From Podarcis filfolensis (Eukaryota): DNA of 64,000 bases. Positions 37,043-50,784 of the stretch are shown here, one piece after another. Under the pieces are notes generated by a model. That model did no database searches and was not told the origin of the DNA. It worked only from the letters and a program-made list of their open reading frames with translations. The position numbers and the translations under genes were made by a program. Numbering within the stretch: position 1 is the first letter of the stretch; every line of letters starts with the position of its first letter. The stretch is from the NCBI GenBank assembly GCA_964270895.1, contig OZ185436.1; one strand, written 5' to 3'.

Positions 37043-39850
37043 GTTATTTCCAAAGTGGCTAAAGTGCATTATGTGCTTAGACCACTCAAACACACTATAT
37101 ATGTGCTAGGTGCATTTATACAAGTTATTCAAAAGCAGAGATTCTGAAATCTCTGAGCAACTACAATAGCCAATTTCCCTCTGAAACCTTACATTTCCTC
37201 TCAGTCGGCTTACAAGAGTTCCAACTGAGTTATATGGGGAATCAAAGCTATTGTGTCCTGTAATTGTGAGGTAAAAGAAGTTTTAAAAATAGTCCAGTGC
37301 CATCTTTATAAACGTTGTATACATTCTTATCTAGGGGTCTGCAGTAATGGAAGAGTTTGTTAAATGGTTGGGGTTTTGCTTTTTTAAATTAATCAAAGCT
37401 TTTGTCATTGGCAAGTGGATTCTTTGGACTTTCATCCCAATTTTAAGCACATTTCTTAAAATTTAGTTCCATTAATTTTAGTGGTGGACAGTTCCCAGTG
37501 CTGTGTAGAATTGGGGCACTGTACAATTGTCAGAAGTGGGTGTTGACCAAGAATGCCCTTTGCGTCATTATTGGGAGAAAAAAGGCTTGCAGGTGGGTAT
37601 GTACTGGCCTTGGTATTGAGGGCTGAAGCTCAGCTCTAGAATCTTGCAAAGTTGTTTTTCCATAGTTTAATGGTGCATGAAATTCATCTTTTAAGAAAAG
37701 GGAGATTAACTGGTTACAGATCAATGGGAAATGAAGCCTGGGCTTGCCCAGGGAACACTTCAGAGAGCTACAGCAATATGACAATCTATGGCTAGAGTGT
37801 TTTATGTGTGCAACGTGTGAGTAAAGGCATGTTCATTGTAATAAATGATCAGCTTATCTCAGGCCTGGTTGGAGGAAAATATGAAAGCGTGGGATTTGGG
37901 AAATTCAGAATATGGCTTCCAATGCACAGTGTAGCAGGGCCCATAGAAACCTGGAATCTTTACTTCAAAAGAGAGAGGAAGTGAAAGAGGAAGTTTATGT
38001 GTAATTTAATAAACTGTAGAATTGTGGAAGAAACTGTAGGAAGCAGAATACTGTATGTGCTTACCTCTGTATCTAGCTAGGGCAGGTGTGGATCAGATCT
38101 CTACTCACACTATTTGATGAGACAACTCTTCCCCCTCCCTTCTTTCTTTTTTATTTTGGGAAGCCCCTTTAGAAGCTTCAGAATTTAATGGCAGAAGAGG
38201 GGAAAGGAAACAGGATACACACGAGCAGACCATGCTTCCTATCCTGTGTGCTGCTTTGTTGTGCTGCCCAAAGCGAAGAGAGGTGTTAAGCTTGTTTTGT
38301 ATTAACAGCTTGCACATTTTACCACCTACGGAGTTTCAAAGACTTGCAGAAAGCAGATGCGATTGACGCAGAGTCACCTCAAAGCCCTCCAGAGCCCAGA
38401 CCTGTGCTTCCAGCCTATAGTTGAAAACATTCTGTTTGTTTTAGCTTTTGCTGTTTCTTAGAAGGCCATCAGTCACTGTTTGCAGCTAATCCTTTGATTA
38501 TTAGATTGTCTGCTGGAACTTCAGCCTGGGAGTGAATTACCCTTGTATTGGCTGGAGGCTGCATTAACCTGAGCTGGATAGGACACAGTGAGAACTATAT
38601 AAAAGGAAGCACTCCGTGTTTCAGGGGTCAGGATCATGTTTCTCTGAAGTGGGCCCAGGGGCTGATAACCTTGTTTATTTGTGGTGCTGAGAAACCAGGT
38701 GAAACTAGAGCACTTTCATGAATGTCCATGGACAGCATTAATTATAGCAAAATGTTTCCATTGTGGTTTTGCAGCACAGGAGCAACACCACCACTGCTAC
38801 CTAAACTGGGTGCATGCCATACATTTAAAGCGCATGGCTTCCCCCGAAGAAACGTGGGAACTGTAGTTTGTCAAGGGTGCTGGGGATTGTAGCTCTGAGA
38901 GGGGTAAATGACACCCATTTGCTCAGTCCACATGGCACTGAGGCAGGCTGGAGGACAGAGTCTGAAGAACAGATCACGTGTGTTCCCTTGTCCATCAGAT
39001 GGGAACTGTTATCGTTTCTATTTTGAAGTTAATTTATTTGAGAATTTACCCTTCCATGATGCTAAACTGTGAATATGTTGCAGGAGAGTAGAGTGGTACA
39101 ATTCTACCCTAGTTTCCCCCCACCTTCTTTAAATCTTGCTGTTCTTGGAGTTTGTCTTTCACAGCATATGCACGAAAGTTGGTTATAGCATGAAAGCAAA
39201 TATTGCCTTGCCATCCACGGAGACAAATCTCTCGAGTACTTTACCTGTTTAAAGTTTCGTGTTGGAAGTGGTCACAAATAGCAGTAGGATTAAGAAGGGT
39301 TTGGGGGAGTCCTCAACAAATATTCCAGTTTAATTAATTTAAAGCCAGAGGTGGGCAGAATAGATGGGAATCTACTGGTGGATATCTGGGTGATTTGTGC
39401 AGTCTTGTCAAGGATTTCTGACTTAATTGTTCAGCAACAGCAGCAACTCCCCCACCCCAATTTAGGTTGCTGCAATTAAAAAAGCTTTGTTGGGGGAGAG
39501 GAATGGATTTTTGTGAGAAAGGACAGTGAGCTCACTTCTGGCACAGAAGGACAGCGAGCACACTAAGTTGTATTTAGCTTCTGTTGGTGAACCTGTGAGT
39601 TCTAGGGGGGAAAGCAAAGTAGATCTTGCTAGCTTGGAAGCATGTAGACACTACTAGTTTAAAACACAGCAAGCTCCTTTACATCGTCTCTGATGTCATG
39701 ACCTCTACCTCCTTGATCCAAGAACCAAGATCTGCAAGTTTTCTCTCTGATCCTTAAGGGCTCTCAGTTGTTGTGCCATTCCTTCCATTGTATTAAGAGA
39801 ATAGTCTGCCTGAGTTCCTCTGGTGGCTAGCTGCCATTTTTGAAGCACCT

Positions 39851-40101
39851 AGAAGAAGAAGAGTTTGGACTTGATAATCCCGCCTTTCACTCCCCTTAAT
39901 GAGTCTCAAAGTGGCTAACAATCTCCTTTCCCTTCCTCTACCACAACAAACACTCTGTGAGGTGAGTGAGGCTGAGAGACTTCAGGGAAGTGTGACTAGC
40001 CCAAGGTCACCCAGCAGCTGCATGTGGAGGAGCGGGGAAGTGAAGCCGGTTCACCAGATTACGAGTCCACTGCTCTTAATCACTGCACCACGCTGGCTCT
40101 C
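39851..40101 (-). mobile_element. Full-length tRNA-derived SINE (Squam3-like), reverse orientation
   Basis: Reverse complement of the 35882 copy, including the AGA tail. Confidence 0.85.
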
Positions 40102-40722
40102 AGCAGCTACAGCAGATGGAGACCTCTGGGAGGCGTTTTTATATTTTAGTCGAAAAAAGTCAGTAAGATAGGAATCTTTACATTTGCCTACTTCTGTCAG
40201 CACAACGTACCCAGGGCCATTGTTTATAGCCAAATCGGCATACGCAGGTCTTTGTTGTGGGCCAGAATCGGTCAAAATTTTGAGGAGCTCCACCACTGCA
40301 TGTCCTTCAGCAAGTTCTGCCTTCTCCACAAATTTCATTCCTTAAATTTCTTTTCAGTGCATATATTCAAGGAGGTGTCAAATTTTGTTTTCTCTCAGAA
40401 CAATTCCATACTATTTTCATCTTACTCAAGTGGGACCTAAAACAAGATGTTGAAGTGTGGAGTACTGTCCAGGTGTACTCCATACCCTTTCCCAGGATAC
40501 TCTGCAGAGCTGCACATTTAATGAGGAACACTGAGACATATGCCTTAGGCAGCAGATTACAAAGAGTGGTGGATTATGCCTATCCTATTTGCCACCCATA
40601 GACCTGCCCTGACTCCCTGCTGCTGCCACCAGCTCTGTGACTAGCTGCTACCTGCCCCCACCCCCGTGGCTGTTAGTGCCATGGTAGCTGTCACCACCCC
40701 TACTAATAATCTCCCTCTTGGA

Positions 40723-40857
40723 CTGGCACCCCAAACTCGCCCCTCCAGATGTTTTGGGGCTACAGTTCCCATCATCCCTAGCTAACAGGACCAGTGGTCA
40801 GGGATGATGGGAATTGTAGTCCCAAGACATCTGGAGGGCCAAGTTTGGGGATGCCTG
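40723..40857. mobile_element. Palindromic hAT MITE (same family as 14349)
   Basis: Shared internal ccctccagatgttttgggg...catctggagggcc. TSD ctcttgga/ctcttgaa. Confidence 0.85.
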
Positions 40858-43800
40858 CTCTTGAATGTGGCTGGGTGCCATATTGGCTGCATAAGGATCT
40901 ATACTTGGAAAATGAGTTAGCTATTGGTTTATATAATTTACTGATAAATTGACAATGGTGCTGTGGGCATGGACGTTTTGATTGCTGTATTTAAAGCTGA
41001 AAGAGAAATGTGGAACTGGGAAATGAAAATATGAATACTTAAGAACAGCTGACGCGGCTACCATAAATACGATCACTTTCAAGGTTAATAGGAAAACACA
41101 CTGAATGGGTGTTGAACTAAGCACAGACTTCTCGTTTTCAGTTTGACATTTCAGCTGTTTACAACAAACCTCCAGCCTTTTCTAGCTGATTGCACCTCCC
41201 TTCTTTTTTTCTTGCCACCCTCATCCCCTCCATTGTTCCCATGGTCTGAGTGTAGTTTATAATTAATTTGCATGCTGAACATCAAAAAAGAAAAAGTGAT
41301 TTCATGATATGTGAGTGCATTTTCTGGTCTGTTAACTTCAGTTATAATGTTGAGCTGTAAAGAGTATCCATTATGCTAAGTTATCTAGAATAAGGGATAA
41401 GAGTGTATTATGTGTGAGCTGATCACATTTTCAGTATGCCAGCCTTATCTATAGTTATCCTTATCTGTTTAACATGACAACTGGACAAAGCAAAATCAAG
41501 CCTTTTCAGTTTTGAAAATTTTATGGAAGTTGCACTTTGTTACACAGCGTGTATTTTTAGGTAAGATTACTAGACTTCTAATTAAATCTCCCATTTTTTC
41601 ATTTGTTCTTTGTAAAAAAAAAAAAAAGGCTGGGGGGCATTGACTTACTTGGGTTGGAGCAATTCCATGGAAGCACAATATAGTGTCACCCACTGTTCAT
41701 TCAATCAGTTCTACATTTGCACAGTCTGAGAGATTCCATAAGCCTGTGTGGGAGCTGTTCGTTGCACATATTGTAACTGTCACTTAGCAACCTGCATTGT
41801 GATGCACACCTTCTCTGTGCTAAATACTAAGGCTGTGGAGCACGAATGGAATGGAAAACGGGGACAAAAAAACCTTGCAGGCCAAAGGATCAAGGGAATT
41901 TTGTCACAGTGTGTGTGGTACATTCTTCACCATAACAAAGAACCTTACAAGGTTCTGCCTTAACAAAAAAAGAGAAAAGAATAAAGTATGCATATATCAA
42001 GAATTAGAATGCACACCATGTATATTTCTTTCTTTTTCTTTTGTTTTCTGAAAGCCATTTTCAGTTTATTTGCTTTTGTAACCGTTGTACTTTGTTTTGT
42101 TTAGTATTTTAAGCTAAGTTCTATTTTGCGATTAATCATTTACTACCAGTGCATTGGGCTGTATAAGATGTTAGTTGGAATAGTCCCATTTAAATGAATG
42201 GAGGTTACTAACTGTGGTTCATCAATTTCAGTGGGTCTTCTCTGAGTAGAACTTAGCTGGAATACAATTGACTGAAGATGATAAGTAACAAGGTCCAGTT
42301 ATGTTTCTCTGCTGACTCTATGGCTTGTTGTATTTTTCTTCAGGAAGCGATCTTATTTATGCAGCTGATGTTTCCCATCTTACATGTGTGAACTGGAACT
42401 AACAGTGATACGGCATCAGAAACCTAAATTTCCATGTTCTTAGCATAAAACAAACACATACTTCACTTCTACTAGGAATGTTCCAGTTGCCAGGTTCATC
42501 GTATGCGGTTCTGAACGTTTGTGGTTTAGCAACAGAGTGCAACTCCTGGTTTGTGATATAAGAATATAAGTAAAACAATAAAAGCCTTTTCAGGCTTTAA
42601 GGATTTTCATGATACCAACTGTATCATGCTGAATGCACTTGAATAGTATCAAACTACAAACACATGGCAAGTTGATGAAGATTACAAATGAGTGGAGCAA
42701 TTGCAGTTGCCACATTGCATTGTATAATACCAGATCTGCAAAACTACTGAAAATTTGCATCCCTCCTTTTAGGCAACTACTGCCTTCTTGTTTAATAACC
42801 AAGGAATTTTAGTACTCGCATCTCAATACCCACAGTCACTGAAAGTTTGGACATTCCCTCTAACATCTATTAGAGGGAATTTGTGCACCTGAAAATGTGT
42901 CCCTATTTGTGCACCTGAAAATGATCCAATAATGGCTTTTAGCCCTGATTAAACTTTGAAAAGTCTCTGATAAGTTAATGCTCAAGAGACCGGGAACACA
43001 CGCAGTAGATGTGCATGCTATTGATGGAGTTGCTTGTGAGTTTCCTGGGTGTACCGAATGCTGGGTACAGAATGCTGGACCTTGGGCCAAATGCATAAAA
43101 GTGATCCATATGGTCTTGTGACTGAATGGTCCTTTGAAAATGCACGTTCCTGCATGAAATAAAATTGGTTTACTGAAAGCAGCCTCTTTAGAACCTACTG
43201 AACGCTTCAATGTGTCTGTGACAAGCTATAGAAAGTTCCCACTTTCCAGGTACTAGCTGACAGCCCCTATCATTGACATGGATGATAGAGGTGCTAAGTA
43301 CTAGGTAGCAGGTGGCTTTGGAAAACCTCCAGAGATTCTTTTTATTTTTTTGCCATAGAACAAGATGAAGGTTGAGTGCTCTGTTGTGATGGAGTGTTTG
43401 TTTTCATAGTGCAGTGATTTAGTGGTAACTCATGATGTCACATTAGTCATAACACAGAGAAATTGGCACACAGTGCGTATCTGCTCTGTTTTTTATTCTC
43501 TACACTTGACACGACCCCCAACCCAGTATACTTGGCAGTTGTTCATATAACACACTGGAGGTATTTAGTAAAGCATGTTGTGAGGTTAGCCAACTTTTAA
43601 GGTCTGGGAGATTTGAGTTTAGCTACTGGTTGCTTGAGTTAAGAATAATTGAAAATTCTTCTCAGCAACCCAGTAGGTCTAGCATTGTGTTTAATGTCAG
43701 ACTTGAAAGAAGCCGTTGAAGATGAAAACCAGCCTTTGGCCACCTGGTGCCAGCCAGATGTTTTGGAAAGCTGATGTAAACAATCCAGCTTCATGGAAAG

Positions 43801-43963
43801 CAAAGGCATCAGCCTATGCTATTTTTGATTGTAAATAAGAGAAAACGGTGCCTAGACTTACTTACAGTACTTGGTAATGAAACTTGCTGCAGAATTAGGT
43901 GGAGGAAGTTGAACTCAAGACCCTATGCTTGCTGATAGCACTAAATAAGTAATGAAAGTAATA

Positions 43964-44205
43964 CAGTGGTACCTCGGGTTAAGAACTTAATTCGTTCTGG
44001 AGGTCCGTTCTTAACCTGAAACTGTTCTTAACCTGAAGCACCACTTTAGCTAATGGGGCCTCCTGCTTCTGCCACGCCGCCAGAGCCCAATTTCTGTTCT
44101 TATCCTGAAGCAAAGTTCTTAACCTGAAGCACTATTTCTGGGTTAGTGGAGTGTGTAACCTGAAGTGTATATAACCTGAAGCGTATGTAACCCAAGGTAC
44201 CACTG
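43964..44205. mobile_element. TcMar MITE (CAGTGGTACCTC family), reverse orientation
   Basis: TIRs and TA flanks. Confidence 0.9.
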
Positions 44206-44659
44206 TATTGGGATTTTGAAAAGGAACAGGACCAACTTCCACACTGGAGCAAAGATGATGTCTTTGGCAACTTCTACCCAAGAAGCCCAAAACAAGATCT
44301 AAAGAGGTTGGTCTTTCTCACAAACATTTGCATACACACAAACCAGACTGCACATGCAAATGTTGGCATCCGTCTGGCTCAAGAGACAATGCAGTGCTCT
44401 TCTGGAGGTGAAGCCAAACTGCTGCATTAGCACCGAAGTGACCTCCCCATGGTGCAAGACTGGGCAGTGTGTATGGAGGTCCTAGGCTGCCCAGACAACA
44501 ATTCTCTAAAAATTGTAAGGTGACTTTTCATAAAAGAAAAGTGAGTTGCTGTGGAAAGCGATGGAGCCAAAGTTCATTCTCTTCCTCAAAATACTCAGTG
44601 GCAAAGTCCAGATTCTGGGTTTTTCACCTGCTTTTAAATAAGCGTGACAGCCTTATTTA

Positions 44660-44879
44660 CAGTGGTGCCTCAGGTTAAGTACTTAATTCGTTCCGGAGGT
44701 CCATTCTTAACCTGAAACTGTTCTTAACCTGAAGCACCACTTTAGCTAATGGGGCCTCCTGCTGCCGGCGCGCCGCCAGAGCTCGATTTCTGTTCTCATC
44801 CTGAAGCAAAGTTCTGAGGTAATATTTCTGGGTTAACGGAGTCTGTAACCTGAAGTGTATGTAACCCGAGGTACCACTG
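44660..44879. mobile_element. TcMar MITE (CAGTGGTACCTC family), reverse orientation
   Basis: TA|cagtggtgcctc...gaggtaccactg|TA. Confidence 0.9.
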
Positions 44880-45624
44880 TATTCTGGTAGCAGGAAGTGT
44901 ACATCTCCTTTATCCTCTCCCAGCCCCTCAATTCCTGTTTTCGATTTAAGCAAGTGAACTTTAGGGTGCAACATTAATGAATTTGTGGATCATCAGGCGG
45001 GTCTATACAGGCTGCTACTTTTATTATTGTGTGAGTTAATTCAATTTCTTCTCTTTTCCACTCAAGAAACTCTTAGCTGGCTGCTTGCATCCTGATTCTG
45101 GCTTCATTTCTGCCCTTCAGTGGAGCTGGAGTACTTTATGATATCCCTGTGACGATGCTGTTTCTTCCTTCCTGTGAATGCTTTGTTTCTTTTCTCTCAT
45201 TTCTTTTAACATAAAAAGAACATGAAAAAAGACAAATCCAGAAATAGCAGGGCAGCATCTTCAAAAAGGGACATGGTGTGGAATTTCATATAAATAAAAC
45301 ACTACGTTTTGCAAGAAGATGGATTGTGCAGGGATTCAAATCTCCCAGGATGTAGAGTAGTATTAATCATTGGCGAAGTGTTCTTGAGTGGACAAACCGC
45401 ATGTGAACAAATCATTGCAGTGAATCCTTATGGGATGATACCTATCAGAAAAGCTATTATGAATGTGCACAGATAGAGGTCATGCATTGGGAAATGGTAC
45501 TGGAATCAGACAGAAGAAACCACATTTGCTATTTGCTCCATTCTTATTCTAGTAGCTTCTGTGCATGTGTGTTAGTTAATGTTTGGTCAGATCTGGTAGC
45601 AGCACACAGCAGAGGTCATGCACT

Positions 45625-45925
45625 GGAGAGCCCATGTGGAGTGGTGGTTGGAACTAGGACCTGAGAGGCGAGAGTTGAAATCCCAACTCAACCGTGAAGC
45701 TTGAGGGGTGACTTTGAGTCAGTCAGTCTGTCCCTCAGCCTAATCCAGGCATAGGCAAACTCGGCCCTCCAGATGTTTTGGGACTACAACTCCCATCATC
45801 CCTAGCTAACGGGACCAGTGGTCAGGGATGATGGGAATTGTAGTCTCAAAACATCTGGAGGACCGAGTTTGCCTATGCCTGGCCTAACCAATCTCATAGT
45901 TGCTATAAGGATAAAATGGGGGGGG
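45625..45925 (+). mobile_element. Old tRNA-SINE interrupted by a hAT MITE at 45746-45881
   Basis: The SINE body ctcagcctaa...ccaatctcatag is split by caggcataggcaaac...gtttgcctatgcctg. TSD gcctaatc/gcctaacc. Confidence 0.8.
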
Positions 45926-46459
45926 GGGCTCTCCCACCACCTGCAATTAGGTAAACTTGGCTCTGCTGGGAGGAGGAGCCCCTTGCTTCTGGGTGGGAGG
46001 TCTAGCAAGCTGTCTTTGATCACAGCCCTCTGAAACCTGGTGCCTGTGCTGACAAATATCAAAACACAAACAGCTGTTAAATTAAATGGGCAGTTGCTAG
46101 GAAAACAGAGAACTTTTCTGTGACCAGGCCCAATATTGTCTTACACACTGCCCCCTTCCAATATGTACCAAACAAAATTCTGCTTATTCAGTCTTTTTCT
46201 GTTGCTCTCTAGCTGAGAACTCTCACATTTTCTTATCTTAGAAACCTTGGGCATTTTCTTTTTTTAACTTGGAAGCTTATCACGATCAGGCTTGAGAAGC
46301 CGTATTGTAGACAAATCATGACAAAAAGTATATAATTGATTTTGAAGTGAAATTGGAGCAGACCCAGTGAGCAAAGACACATCCCCCACCCCAAATTGGA
46401 ACAGTTTTCTTAAAACAACTTAATTTAGAATATTGATTTTGCCAAAGACTCTAAGAGGT

Positions 46460-46728
46460 TGTGGACCCACTTGCAGCGTGGCCCCATAGGCAGAGTCATG
46501 AAGTGATAACGGGTGGAACAAACTTGACACAACTTTCTGGAGTTAAGACTCAGCCACAACTTTATTGATTACAGATTTAGGTAGGCTTTGGCTTAGGCAT
46601 TGGGTGTGTATCCTATATCAGCCTTCTGTGGGAAGGCTGAAGTTTGGACATGGTCATGCCTGGGTTATGGACCACCTCAAGAATAAGCTGGTCCTCCCCA
46701 GGCTGAGTCCAGAAGTTCTATGGCACTT
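46460..46728 (-). mobile_element. LTR-like element (3' part); probable 5' part at about 47279-47350
   Basis: Minus-strand AATAAA at 46566-46561 lies within the block shared with 1110-1165. Confidence 0.5.
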
Positions 46729-47278
46729 AGAATCATAGAATCATAGAGTTGGAAGAGACCACAAGGGCCATCGAGTCCAACCCCCTGCCAAGCAGGAAAC
46801 ACCATCAGAGCACTCCTGACATATGGTTGTCAAGCCTCTGCTTAAAGACCTCCAAAGAAGGAGACTCCACCACACTCCTTGGCAGCAAATTCCACTGTCG
46901 AACAGCTCTTACTGTCAGGAAGTTCTTCCTAATGTTTAGGTGGAATCTTCTTTCTTGTAGTTTGGATCCATTGCTCTGTGTCCGCTTCTCTGGAGCAGCA
47001 GAAAACAACCTTTCTCCCTCCTCTATGTGACATCCTTTTATATATTTGAACATGGCTATCATATCACCCCTTAACCTCCTCTTCTCCAGGCTAAACATGC
47101 CCAGCTCCCTTAGCCGTTCCTCATAAGGCATCGTTTCCAGGCCTTTGACCATTTTGGTTGCCCTCCTCTGGACACGTTCCAGTTTGTCAGTGTCCTTCTT
47201 GAACTGTGGTGCCCAGAACTGGACACAGTACTCCAGGTGAGGTCTGACCAGAGCAGAATACAGTGGCACTATTACTTC
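46729..47278 (-). mobile_element. 5'-truncated CR1 LINE (ORF2 C-terminus and (ATTCTATG)n tail)
   Basis: [39 protein letters not shown]...[11 protein letters not shown]...[14 protein letters not shown] is diagnostic of CR1, with an octamer tail. Confidence 0.96.
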
Positions 47279-48416
47279 TACACCCGCTTGGCTTCAGGAC
47301 AGAAACTTCAACTCAGACCCCTTCACTAGGGTACCCTGAGATTGGTTATAGATGCAATAGCACCTGATAATGGACTGGGGGAAAAAATCTGTGTTTTGCT
47401 TTTGTAAAGCAAAGAACACACAAAGCATCCGATTCTACAAAGATCGCCTCCTGTCTTCCTATCCCTTGCATGTAAATCTGATTTTAAAAAAATGGATTAA
47501 AGTCTTACTGATACTGGAGATATAGCAGTTAACCTTTTAGATCATTTAACAGATCTGAATGTCCTGTTTGCCAATGTAAAGAAACTTTGTTTTTGATGAG
47601 AGCCAAAGTTATTGGCGTACAGCCTGCACGCTTTCTGACTGCGAGGTACCCTGATGAAACTTTAATGCCATTTGTCAACAGATATCCTTCTATTGTATAC
47701 AGGAAACAAGCAAGAGTTAGATAAGCTAAAAATAATCCTCGGGCTCAGCAGGGGCTCCATTGGAGAAGCCCACATGTGGAGGCACAGAACATTATATGTG
47801 GAAGAGACTTCTGAGCTGATCCCCCAACCTGTCCCTCTGTCCCCTCGGGGTTCCTTTATAGAGGAAGAAAAGACGATAGTAAAAGGCCGGCGGGGAGAAG
47901 AGAGTGCAGTTTGGTTCATTACTGTGAAAAAGAAGCTGTCAATGTGTCACTTTCTTTCATTCTTCCTCCCTTGCCAGGCCTTTCTTGATCCAGGGAATGG
48001 AGACTTAAATCAAACAGTCAGGATGAATGATGAAACCGCACAGTGTGTGTAAAACAAAACAAAGAAGAAGAAGAGGGCAACCAAGAGCGGGGCTGGATGT
48101 GGGGCACCATCTGGAGGCAGTGGAGAACAGTTCGCTGATTGTTTCCTTTATTTCGCTGAGGGCAGTCTGGTAGTTGAAAGACCTTGGTGGGGAGGCATTC
48201 CCTTGTCTCTGTGTAACAAACAATAGCTAGGCCTTGTAAAGCCCCGCCATCTTCGAAGCATAGGTACTGTTTTTTTATGGTACGATAAGACCAGAGGAGC
48301 AAAGAAGCAGCATTGCCTATCGGCCTTCTAGGTTGGAGGGACAATGCCTTCAGTTTTTAAAATGGAGCCTGATAGTTCTTTCTTTGTAGACTCTTACTTG
48401 TTTGTGTTTCTATTTA

Positions 48417-48597
48417 CAGTCGTACCTCCGTTTACGTAACCCTCTGGTTACGTAAACTTTGGGATGCGTGCACGGCAAACCCAGAAGTATTTTACCGGGT
48501 TTCGACGCATGCACGGAAGCGGTCCTCAGGTTGTGGAAACCTTGGGATCCAACTGGATCTCCGGAAAGGATCCAGTCCGCAACCAGAGGTACCACTG
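48417..48597. mobile_element. TcMar MITE, distinct subfamily
   Basis: cagtcgtacctc...gaggtaccactg; the internal sequence differs from the other copies. Confidence 0.8.
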
Positions 48598-49009
48598 TGT
48601 TTATTTTGCAAAGACATCGTTTCTACAGGTTTCTTGCAGCATATGCAACCTAGTGCAGAGGCACATTTAAGGGAGTGCGACCCACTTGCCCACACTGGGC
48701 ACCGAGTCGAGAGGGTGCAGCAGGGGGCACCGCAACAATGTCTGATGATGAGGTGGGTGCCAATTTTTGCCATCTCGGGGCGCCGCTTAAATTTTGATGC
48801 CCAAAGTCTGCCATTTCCTGGTGCCCTCCTTGTTCAACTTCTAGATTTCCTTTTAGTCCAAAACATGTGGAAGGCACCAGGCTGGCAAAAATTGGTATAT
48901 GCTATAAAGATTGCTTTATGGAGATGTTGTAAAATATAGTCTCTTTGCAAAATCCTTTGCAAGTGCAATGTATGTTCTAAATTGCCAGTGGTACTAATCA
49001 TAATGTTTC

Positions 49010-49200
49010 CAAATAAATAAATAAGTACTGAAACCTCCTTGAAAAAATGGGGTTGGGAGTCTGGGCCTCGCAACAGAAGAGGCCCCATCTCCAGTAGCCA
49101 CCCACTTAGCCTTTGAAGGTGCCTGAAGCTAGGCCTCAAATAATGTCTCAGCAGGTTAATACAAGCAGCCCTCCCTCCGTTTGCAAAGTAGTTCATCAGG
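49010..49200 (-). mobile_element. Old L2 3' remnant
   Basis: Minus-strand ggtggctactggagatggggcctcttctgttgcgaggccc, plus a (TTTA)n tail at 49010-49025. Confidence 0.45.
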
Positions 49201-50334
49201 AGTGTGTCGCTTCCAGACGTAAGAAACACTAAGATTAGAAGCCTGTTGATGAAGTTGCCAGAATCTCGTGTGTTGTTTGGAGATCAGGACTGTCAATTTA
49301 CATTTGTTTATTTTTATTGTTTTCTGACTGTTTTTAATATATTTTTCTGGATGTTTGGGGTTTTTGAAGTTTTGAGGTTTTTTTTTTTAAAGAAATAAGT
49401 TGCTGAGCTACTTGGAATGCTTCTGTGGAAAGGCACACTATAAATGTGATAAATTGAACAGTGTATTTTTTACCTCTTTTTAATGCATCTGTTGATACCA
49501 CAATGAACTGTGTCATTACGCAAATATGGCAGTTCTGTGGCTCATAGTTTCCTCAACTGCGTGCGGTCTAAACTCCCCTCATTATTGTTCACAGCCTGCC
49601 TCCACTGAGCAACCAGCAGAAGGACTTTTCCTGTGTTTACATTCAGCTTCCACAAATCCTAGCTTGTCATTACTTAGCAACAACTGTCATTTAAAACAAA
49701 CTTGTAAGTTTCCAACCAAGCTATTTCCAAACCATGGCTTATGAAGCTGGCTTGTTCAACTAATCCAAGTTTGATTTAAACCACAAGCTCTGGTTTGTAC
49801 ATAATAACAAACCAGGTTTAGTGGATATTGAAAGTAAACACAGTAGTAGGATCCTCCCTTTCTCTCTCTCTCTCTCCCCCCCCCCCCCGCCTCGTGTGTG
49901 TGTACATGATCCCAAGTTTTGGTCAGACTTAGTCTGGCTCACACATGTAGCACTAACCTATGGTTTAGTGTTTTGTACAAAACAGCCCATTGATTTGAGT
50001 ACTGCATTTTGTTTTCTGTTTTCAGCTTTTTTTATTAAAAAAATAAAATAAAGGCCACTTAAAAAGTAGCAGGTTATATTTAACTTCCCCGTGTCTTTTA
50101 TTTTTTTTCAAGATTTGAGAAACTCATTTAAATTCTTTCTTGCTTAGATTAAAGGCTCCATGGTTAGTACTGTTAAAAGGATGAAAGAACAAACATTTGC
50201 AATGTATTCTTTTACTCATCTCAGAAAATAACTGGAAAAAAATTATATGCACCAGAGCTTTCCATTGTGTTGTTGGGTTTATAGTTTCCTGTTCTCTTTC
50301 TGTGCATTTCCCTCTCTGTGTGTGAACGAGTCAT

Positions 50335-50336
<2 letters not shown>

Positions 50337-50390
<54 letters not shown>

Positions 50391-50447
50391 TCATATAACA
50401 GATGTATGCATACATACACAAAATATTTGTGTGTGTGTGTGTGTGTG
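50337..50447. repeat. Compound microsatellite (CA)n(TA)n...(TG)n
   Basis: Directly visible in the sequence. Confidence 0.95.
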
Positions 50448-50748
50448 CACATTCTGTAGACAGATGAAATATGGTCCACTGGCAATTTATTCTGCATAAT
50501 TTTGGCTGTGTTCTTTGCAGCATATTTATTAATTTATATCTGCTAGAAAAAGCTTGATATTTCATATATCAATCAATATGTTGTAATGGACATTGGCTAC
50601 CCCCCCATGGCATGCATAGTTTTCTGCCTCTAAACAGGTTTAAAGATCAGGTTCAACTTTCCTTTAGGAGACAAAATGATAATTTCTAAATGTAAAAATG
50701 AAATTCCTTATTATTTTAAGGTACTCATTCTTGAGATCCATGTTGGTG

Positions 50749-50784
<36 letters not shown>

